Positions 1 to 4,760 of a stretch of DNA of 5,079 nucleotides are shown piece by piece. Within the stretch, counting starts at the first letter, position 1. Each line of letters opens with the position of its first letter. The notes below the pieces were generated by a model. It was given only the letters and a program-made list of their open reading frames with translations, searched no databases and was not told where the DNA came from. The position numbers and the translations under genes were made by a program. Source of the DNA: a virus; IMG/VR virus record IMGVR_UViG_3300020029_000024, positions 1 to 5,079 of that record; one strand, written 5' to 3'.

Positions 1-121
1 CGAAAAATGGCAAGCAACATTATTCCTTCTTTGGCAGTCTAAGCTCTCACCCTGAACTTGCTAACGATAGCCGTTTCATTCGTTGCTCCTGTAAGCAATG
101 CATCGGTTGTCGGCTCGAAAA
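1..121. repeat. Terminal direct repeat, copy 1 (identical to 4959-5079). It is an assembly overlap of a circular genome.
   Basis: A base-by-base comparison by eye shows 121/121 identity with the last 121 nt of the window. The repeat is bounded by the window ends. It lies inside the rep (VP4) reading frame, so it is not a biological LTR. Confidence 0.95.
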
Positions 122-863
122 TAGTAGACAGTGGGCTGTCCGTGCTGTTCACGAAGCCCGTACTTCGTTTTCAGCTTATTTCGTTACTTGTACCTTCGAT
201 GATTATCATTTGCCGCGCGATAGAAGTTTGAGCAAGAAATTTCATCAGACTTTCATGAAAAATCTTCGTCGTGAGTATGGCAGTGGTATTCGCTTCCTCG
301 GCTGTGGTGAATATGGTGAACTTCATGGTCGTCCCCATTATCATTACATATTGTTTAATATTGATTTCAGCGACAAAGTTCTTCGGTTCCGCACAGACGG
401 TTATAACACTTATACTTCTGCTCGTTTTTCGAAAATCTGGAAATACGGCATGCACCTTATTGGCGATTTTAGTTTCGACGCTGCTGCTTACGTCGCCCGT
501 TACATAGTGAAGAAGCAGACTGGCAGTCAAGCTGCTGCTCACTATAATGGCCGTACGCCTGAGTTCATGCTTGCATCCAATCGTCCCGGTATAGGCGGAA
601 AATGGCTTGAAGAGCATGGTGAAGAGTGTTATGCTAATGATTTCGTTGTCATCAACGGTAAGAAGATGCGTCCTCCCCGTTATTATGATAAGAAATTCGA
701 TGAAACGCATCCTCACTGGATGGAGTTTATTCGTAATAACCGCATTGAGAAGATGCTTCATAATTTGGAGAATAATACTTTTGAGCGTTTAGTTGACCGT
801 TGCCGCGTCCAGGAAGGTAAATATAAACATTTTCTTGGCAGAAAACTTGACAAGGTATTGTGA
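3..863 (+). CDS. VP4: Replication initiation protein VP4 (HUH rolling-circle endonuclease), C-terminal 286 codons. The 5' end is cut off by linearisation and the true start is the ATG at 4910.
   Basis: The frame is open from base 3 to the TGA at 861-863. The TTG at 210 in the ORF track is only an internal codon. Motifs seen: Cys cluster C-S-C-K-Q-C-I-G-C-R; motif I FVTCTF (180-197); HUH motif H-Y-H in HGRPHYHYILFN (336-344); double catalytic Tyr Y-V-A-R-Y (489-503), as in phiX174 protein A-type Reps. The joined length (4910-4958 plus 1-863) is 912 nt, giving 303 aa. Confidence 0.9.
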   Translation, partial: KNGKQHYSFFGSLSSHPELANDSRFIRCSCKQCIGCRLENSRQWAVRAVHEARTSFSAYFVTCTFDDYHLPRDRSLSKKFHQTFMKNLRREYGSGIRFLGCGEYGELHGRPHYHYILFNIDFSDKVLRFRTDGYNTYTSARFSKIWKYGMHLIGDFSFDAAAYVARYIVKKQTGSQAAAHYNGRTPEFMLASNRPGIGGKWLEEHGEECYANDFVVINGKKMRPPRYYDKKFDETHPHWMEFIRNNRIEKMLHNLENNTFERLVDRCRVQEGKYKHFLGRKLDKVL

Positions 864-875
864 CTGTGTTATCAT
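847..875 (+). promoter_or_regulatory. Sigma70/sigmaA-type promoter inside the 3' end of VP4, upstream of the 891 ORF and VP5.
   Basis: TTGACA (847-852), a 17-nt spacer ending in TGTGt (extended -10, TRTG-like), then TATCAT (870-875, 5/6 match). The predicted TSS is near 882, just before the SD GAGGTG (888-893). Confidence 0.55.
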
Positions 876-890
876 TAAATCAGAAATGAG

Positions 891-1133
891 GTGATGCCTA
901 TTACTGAACTTAAGGCCATTGAAAAATTCTGTTCAAATCGTAATATTCTCTTCAATTACTCTTTTCGCGGTAGCAAATATGCCGCTTACCGGCTTAAGCC
1001 TGATGATTCTAGAGTTATTCGTCTTGATAATGACTATTATGTTATATCAGCTACGCTATATCTTATGATTCGTAGGTATTTAGTTGCATTTAGAAAAGGA
1101 GATGGTTCCGCTGAGACTCTATTCCATTTATGA
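891..1133 (+). CDS. Hypothetical protein of 80 aa (79 aa if the ATG at 894 is used). No family recognised.
   Basis: It sits between VP4 and VP5 and does not overlap VP4. It has a strong NNT (T3) codon bias like the bona fide genes. SD-like GAGGTG at 888-893 overlaps the GTG at 891 and directly abuts the ATG at 894, so the spacing is poor. The last 50 nt overlap the VP5-like ORF in another frame. Confidence 0.5.
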   Translation: MMPITELKAIEKFCSNRNILFNYSFRGSKYAAYRLKPDDSRVIRLDNDYYVISATLYLMIRRYLVAFRKGDGSAETLFHL

Positions 1134-1389
1134 TTCTAAGGCTGAACAGTTCAGCCCTCCACAGGTCTACCACAATGATATGCTTGCTCTGCGAGCTTTC
1201 GAAGGTTTAGTCAATGATGATAAAATGCTTATTAATAGTTATCCTGAAGATTTCAGTATTTATTATCTCGGTAACCTTGGCGATTCTGATGGCCGTTATT
1301 ATATTGACAGTTCTGACGAATCCCGCGTTCCTATACTGGTTGGTCGCGCCGTAGACTACGTACAGGATGTTGACAATGACTCTATTTAA
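1084..1389 (+). CDS. VP5: VP5-like non-structural protein (gokushovirus ORF5 family, proposed analogue of phiX174 protein C).
   Basis: The sequence LYSIYDSKAEQFSPP...ALRAFEGLVND...YPEDFSIYYLGNLGDSDG matches the conserved gokushovirus VP5 pattern as I remember it (xxVyDxKaexf..P, A.R.F, yPEDf.LyxlGxfDxxxG). Its position between VP4 and VP3 is canonical. The start is ambiguous: TTG at 1084 (AGGT 6 nt upstream) or ATG at 1102 (AAGGAG at 1096-1101, directly abutting it). Confidence 0.7.
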   Translation: MHLEKEMVPLRLYSIYDSKAEQFSPPQVYHNDMLALRAFEGLVNDDKMLINSYPEDFSIYYLGNLGDSDGRYYIDSSDESRVPILVGRAVDYVQDVDNDSI

Positions 1390-1398
1390 TGGTAATCT
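1370..1398 (+). promoter_or_regulatory. Candidate promoter inside the 3' end of VP5, pointing at the VP3-VP1-VP2 structural block.
   Basis: TTGACA (1370-1375), a 17-nt spacer ending in TGg (extended -10), then TAATCT (1393-1398). Only T1, A2 and T6 of the -10 consensus are kept. The predicted TSS is near 1405, upstream of the terminator hairpin. Confidence 0.4.
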
Positions 1399-1420
1399 AA
1401 TATAGAGCGTATCAGAAAAA

Positions 1421-1451
1421 GGACGGTCTCGCAAGAGATCGCCCTTTTTTT
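1421..1451 (+). terminator. Rho-independent terminator downstream of VP5.
   Basis: Stem GGACGGTCTC (1421-1430), GCAA tetraloop (1431-1434), stem GAGATCGCCC (1435-1444). This gives 8 Watson-Crick pairs, one G-U wobble and one A/C mismatch. The stem is followed by T7 (1445-1451) and preceded by an A5 run (1416-1420). Confidence 0.65.
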
Positions 1452-1499
1452 GTACGCCACGCCCGCCGCGTCTAGGCGCCTGCGAAAGGAGGTGAAACT

Positions 1500-1982
1500 A
1501 TGAAATTTAAAACAGCTTATGACCCAGTAGAAGAACATGATCATTGCGGCATTGAGTTCACTATGCCCTCCCTCGCCGTTCAGGACGAGAAAGATGAAAC
1601 TGATATCAACTATATCGTTAATAAGTACGCAGATGGTCAGAAAGGCATAGCTACTCTCGATCTTGGTGATAGTTCGCAGTATGCTTATCTTCAGTTCGGA
1701 GATGCAACGCTTCCCGGCGATTACAGTACAGCACTCGAACTTGTCTCTGGAGTTCGTGAAGAATTCTATAGCCTGCCCGCTTACGTTCGAGCGAAATTCG
1801 GTCACGATCCCATGAATTTCATCCAGCAATTGAATGATCCTGCAACGCTCGAATATCTTCAACAACAAGGTCTGTATGGAAGTGATTATACCTTTGATCA
1901 AACACAACAGTCCGCGAAGAATAAACAAACACAAGAAGAAAGTAACAGTTCAGAACATAATAATGAGGAAATACATAAATAG
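1500..1982 (+). CDS. VP3: Internal scaffolding protein VP3 (Chlamydia-phage Chp2 scaffold-like).
   Basis: Strong SD AAGGAGGTG (1486-1494) lies 5 nt before the ATG at 1500. Motifs typical of the gokushovirus scaffold: PSLAVQDEKDETDINYIVNKY, FGD, ALELV, EFYSLPAYVRAKFGHDPMNFIQ, and an acidic/polar C-terminal tail. Confidence 0.85.
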   Translation: MKFKTAYDPVEEHDHCGIEFTMPSLAVQDEKDETDINYIVNKYADGQKGIATLDLGDSSQYAYLQFGDATLPGDYSTALELVSGVREEFYSLPAYVRAKFGHDPMNFIQQLNDPATLEYLQQQGLYGSDYTFDQTQQSAKNKQTQEESNSSEHNNEEIHK

Positions 1983-2031
1983 GCGGCACCGAAGCCAGTT
2001 ACTTACTTGATGTAACTGGCGTAGGTGACGC
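1983..2031 (+). other. Long imperfect hairpin immediately after the VP3 stop codon (16 bp in total, with a 9-nt loop TTACTTGAT).
   Basis: Perfect 9-bp stem GCCAGTTAC (1994-2002) / GTAACTGGC (2012-2020). Beyond a 3x3 internal loop it is extended by CACC (1987-1990) / GGTG (2024-2027) and by GCG (1983-1985) / CGC (2029-2031). No U-tract follows, so it is not a canonical intrinsic terminator. Confidence 0.6.
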
Positions 2032-2046
2032 GAAAATAATCTAAAA

Positions 2047-2080
2047 CCTAATAATAATTTGCTTTAGGTTAATTATTAGG
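2047..2080. repeat. AT-rich inverted repeat in the VP3-VP1 spacer.
   Basis: CCTAATAAT (2047-2055) is the exact reverse complement of ATTATTAGG (2072-2080), with a 16-nt spacer. It lies in the most AT-rich stretch of the genome, just upstream of the VP1 SD. Confidence 0.5.
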
Positions 2081-2105
2081 ATTACACTTCGAAGAAGGTG
2101 AAATT

Positions 2106-3773
2106 TTGGCTCGAAAAAAAATAAGAGTTCGAGGACATCGCTTCAGCGATGCTCCTGCAATGTATATGCGGCGGACTAAATTCGACCGCTCGCACGTTTA
2201 TAAGACAACTTTCAATTCAGGCAAGCTTATCCCTGTGTTCGTTGATGAAGTACTGCCTGGCGACACTACTAGGATGTCTGTTAATTACTTCGCTCGATTA
2301 GCTACTCCAATTAAGCCTATTATGGATAATATCTATCTTGATTGGTTTTTCTTTTTCGTACCAAACCGCCTCGTTTGGGAGCACTGGCAGAATTTCTGTT
2401 TCGAACAGGAAGATCCTGATGATAGTACTGATTATGTCATTCCTACTATTTCTGCTGCTGGTAACTCTGAAAATGCTTATATAGGCTCTCTATGGGACTA
2501 TTTCGGCTTGCCCGTAAATACGTCTGGTAATTTATCTGGTATTAGCGCTCTTCCATTTCGTGGTGTTTATCTTATTTGGAATGAATGGTTTAGAGACGAA
2601 AACCTCCAGAAATCCGTCAAGATTCAGAAAGGCGATGCCAACGAAGTATTGAACTCTGCCCGGTCTTCTGAACAGCCTTCTTGGGTTTTCACCTCAGGTA
2701 CTAGTATTGTTCCCGGCTTAGCCTGTCCTCCTCGTGGCAAGCGCCATGACTATTTTACTTCGGCGCTTCCTTGGACACAGAAAGGCCCTGGCGTTAATAT
2801 TTCCCTTACTGGCAATGCTCCTGTTATTGGTGATGGTAATCGTCTTGGTATCGCCCCTAATGCCGCTGGTAATGGCGTTGGATATCTTTCAATGACTGGT
2901 AATGTTGGCGCGATAATGCGTAATGCAGATGGTTCTGAATGGTACTCTGGTGATGTTGCTTTTGTTACTTCCGATAGTAAGAAATCAGGCTTGCTTGCTG
3001 ATCTTTCTGATGTCGCTGCTATTACTATCAATGGTCTTCGCACTGCTTTTCAGATGCAAAAATTCTACGAACGCCTTGCTCGCGGTGGTAGTCGGTATAC
3101 TGAAGTACTTCGCTCTTTCTTCGGCGTGGTTTCTCCGGACGCTCGTCTTCAGCGCCCTGAGTTCCTTGGCTCTTTCACCAAGATGGTTAACGTCAATCCA
3201 ATAGCTCAAACTTCCGCAACCGACAACACCTCTCCTCAAGGTAACCTTTCCGCCTATGGTGTTACTGCATCTAGATTCCATGGCTTCACCAAATCTTTCG
3301 TTGAACATGGCTATATTATAGGCTTCGTATGCGCTCGTGCCGACCTTACTTATCAGCAAGGTATTAACAAGATGTGGCTTCGCTCTACGGTTTACGATTT
3401 CTATTGGCCGACGTTCGCTCACCTTGGTGAACAGGCTATTGAGCTTCGCGAGATCTATGCCCAAGGTACTGAAGCTGATACTACTGTTTTCGGTTATCAG
3501 GAGCGTTATGCTGAATATCGTTATAAACCTTCACAGATCACTGGTAAATTCCGTAGCTCTGTAACTGGTGGTAACCTTGACGTATGGCACTTATCCCAGT
3601 TCTTCAGTAATGCTCCTACTCTGAACGAGGAATTTATTACGGAAAATCCGCCTATTAAGCGCATTATTGCCGTTCAAGATGAGCCCGAGTTCTTGCTTGA
3701 TATAGGCTTCCGTTATACTACTGTGCGTCCTATGCCTATGTTTGGCACACCTGGTCTTGTTGATCATTTCTAA
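2106..3773 (+). CDS. VP1: Major capsid protein VP1 (Microviridae F-protein family), 555 aa, TTG-initiated.
   Basis: Hallmark gokushovirus VP1 motifs: HRFS..AP....RTKFDRSHVYKTTFNSGKLIPVFVDEVLPGDT, KRHDYFTSALPWTQKG, ITINGLRTAFQMQKFYERLARGGSRYTEVLRSFFGV.SPDARLQRPEFLG, NPIAQTS.T......PQGNLSAYG. The frame is closed by the TAA at 2070-2072, and the only start upstream of the conserved N-terminus is the TTG at 2106, with SD GAAGGTG (2094-2100) 5 nt upstream. Confidence 0.95.
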   Translation: MARKKIRVRGHRFSDAPAMYMRRTKFDRSHVYKTTFNSGKLIPVFVDEVLPGDTTRMSVNYFARLATPIKPIMDNIYLDWFFFFVPNRLVWEHWQNFCFEQEDPDDSTDYVIPTISAAGNSENAYIGSLWDYFGLPVNTSGNLSGISALPFRGVYLIWNEWFRDENLQKSVKIQKGDANEVLNSARSSEQPSWVFTSGTSIVPGLACPPRGKRHDYFTSALPWTQKGPGVNISLTGNAPVIGDGNRLGIAPNAAGNGVGYLSMTGNVGAIMRNADGSEWYSGDVAFVTSDSKKSGLLADLSDVAAITINGLRTAFQMQKFYERLARGGSRYTEVLRSFFGVVSPDARLQRPEFLGSFTKMVNVNPIAQTSATDNTSPQGNLSAYGVTASRFHGFTKSFVEHGYIIGFVCARADLTYQQGINKMWLRSTVYDFYWPTFAHLGEQAIELREIYAQGTEADTTVFGYQERYAEYRYKPSQITGKFRSSVTGGNLDVWHLSQFFSNAPTLNEEFITENPPIKRIIAVQDEPEFLLDIGFRYTTVRPMPMFGTPGLVDHF

Positions 3774-3787
3774 AAGGAGCTGGTTTT

Positions 3788-4516
3788 ATGTCTTGGCTTT
3801 CTAATACTTTAGGCAGCGTCGTTGGTTCTCTTTTTGGATCTGCAACTCAGAATCATTACAATTCTGCTAATGCAGCACAGGCTAATGAGTGGAACGTTGA
3901 AAATTATAAACATCGTTACCAGTGGTCTGTAGAAGATATGCGTCAAGCTGGTCTTAATCCTGTTCTTGCTGCAACTAATGGTATAGGCGGTTCTATATCT
4001 GGAGCTTCAGCTGCTTCTGTAGGTATGTCTGATATTGGTTCTACCATGAACTCTGCTAAAGCCGCTAGTGCCGCTGAAAGGCAGGCTAAGAATGCCGAGC
4101 ATCTTGCGATATCTCAAATTGATAAAAACGTCGCAGAAGCCGATTCTGTGCGTCAGAGTACCCATGGTACAGTTCTTCAGAATGGTATTCTTGCGAATGA
4201 TTTGAATCTTCGTGAGCAGACTTATGAAAAACGTCTTGGTTACGAACTTGAAAAGATGAATTTGGAGCTTGAAAACCTTCGGCTTCAGGGTTCTTACCTT
4301 AGTTCTGGTATATTGAACAATATCGCTTCTGCTAACCGTGCTAATTCTGCTGCCGCTTTTGACAATATTCAAACTGAAATGGCAGGTATGGAGCGTGATT
4401 TTTATAAGAATCTCGAAAGTCTTACAGGTGCTCCTAGATCTGTCGCTAGCGGTGTTGGTTCCGGCATCAAAAATGTTATAGGCTTCCTCGGAGGTCGCTA
4501 TTTTGGAAGGAGATAA
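3788..4516 (+). CDS. VP2: Minor capsid / DNA pilot protein VP2, 242 aa.
   Basis: SD AAGGAG (3774-3779) lies 8 nt before the ATG at 3788. The gene sits directly after VP1. The N-terminal region carries the pilot-protein signature (..NEWNVENYKHRYQWSVEDMRQAGLNPVLA..). This is followed by an Ala/Ser-rich region and a predicted coiled-coil-like segment (EKRLGYELEKMNLELENLRLQ). Confidence 0.85.
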   Translation: MSWLSNTLGSVVGSLFGSATQNHYNSANAAQANEWNVENYKHRYQWSVEDMRQAGLNPVLAATNGIGGSISGASAASVGMSDIGSTMNSAKAASAAERQAKNAEHLAISQIDKNVAEADSVRQSTHGTVLQNGILANDLNLREQTYEKRLGYELEKMNLELENLRLQGSYLSSGILNNIASANRANSAAAFDNIQTEMAGMERDFYKNLESLTGAPRSVASGVGSGIKNVIGFLGGRYFGRR

Positions 4517-4520
4517 TTAT

Positions 4521-4760
4521 ATGTCTAATAAAACTACTATGATTCTGACTTTTATTGTCACCGTTGTTGTCCCTTTTATTCAAGAAGTTGTAGATCTGAT
4601 CGAAGCCCTGAAAGGCAAAGCTTCTTCGAATACTGTTACTGCTAAAAAAGTTGCTTCGGACTTTCAAGCCGATGTTGCGCAGCTTGTTGAGCCGGTTGCT
4701 TCTAAAAATGATTCTAAAAAAACTAGCCGTTTTTTCGGTTCTTGGAGGGATGCTAAATGA
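4521..4760 (+). CDS. Small hypothetical membrane protein of 79 aa with an N-terminal transmembrane helix.
   Basis: SD GGAAGGAG (4505-4512, inside the end of VP2) lies 8 nt before the ATG at 4521, so the track's TTG at 4503 is less likely. Basic MSNK is followed by the hydrophobic stretch TTMILTFIVTVVVPFI, then a charged hydrophilic tail. The ORF has strong T3 codon bias. Its stop overlaps the next start (ATGA). Confidence 0.6.
   Translation: MSNKTTMILTFIVTVVVPFIQEVVDLIEALKGKASSNTVTAKKVASDFQADVAQLVEPVASKNDSKKTSRFFGSWRDAK

Noticed and set aside
171-761. 196-aa ORF on the minus strand, antisense to VP4. Similar antisense ORFs occur at 1207-1434, 1386-1934, 2750-3043, 2985-3464, 4007-4372 and 4476-4667.
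   Set aside because: Each lies fully inside, or mostly across, a confidently identified + strand gene. None has a recognisable motif or SD. Microviridae are transcribed from one strand only, and the + strand shown here carries all core genes and the T-rich coding bias. Long antisense ORFs are expected by chance in such biased sequence.
271-792. The + strand embedded ORFs 271-507 and 607-792 inside VP4 (and 3337-3564 inside VP1) as possible overlapping genes analogous to phiX174 A*, B or K.
   Set aside because: All are in the +1 frame, where the T3 bias of the host gene automatically produces hydrophobic, stop-poor sequence. None has an SD or an ATG start with good context. They are kept only as a low-priority note under the 2923-3204 finding.
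210-863. The track's 217-aa version of the rep gene, starting at the TTG at 210.
   Set aside because: The frame is open back to base 3 and continues from 4910-4958 across the circular junction. The upstream part encodes the conserved VP4 N-terminus (Cys cluster, motif I). So 210 is an internal Leu codon, not a start.
1131-1133. Programmed frameshift fusing the 891 ORF to VP5 (SD-like AAGGAG upstream of a stop, reminiscent of prfB).
   Set aside because: The conserved VP5 N-terminus begins at about 1102, upstream of the 891-ORF stop. The codon before the stop (TTA TGA T) is not a plausible +1 slippery site. The frame relationship (+1) does not fit a -1 frameshift.
1304-1309. Additional perfect -35 hexamers TTGACA at 1304-1309 and 4359-4364.
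   Set aside because: Neither has a -10-like hexamer at 16-18 nt. The nearest is TATACT at 1332-1337, which is 22 nt away. Both are mid-gene, so they are most likely coding coincidences.
3696-3703. CTTGATAT, an 8-nt match to the recalled phiX174 origin core, inside the 3' end of VP1.
   Set aside because: I saw no associated secondary structure and it lies within constrained coding sequence. It is kept as a caveat that weakens the statistical weight of the hairpin-loop ACTTGAT match, not as an independent origin candidate.
4503-4520. TTG at 4503 as the start of the small TM protein (N-terminus MEGDNY...).
   Set aside because: The SD GGAAGGAG (4505-4512) would then lie inside the ORF, downstream of the start. 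It sits 8 nt upstream of the ATG at 4521, which is the better-supported start.
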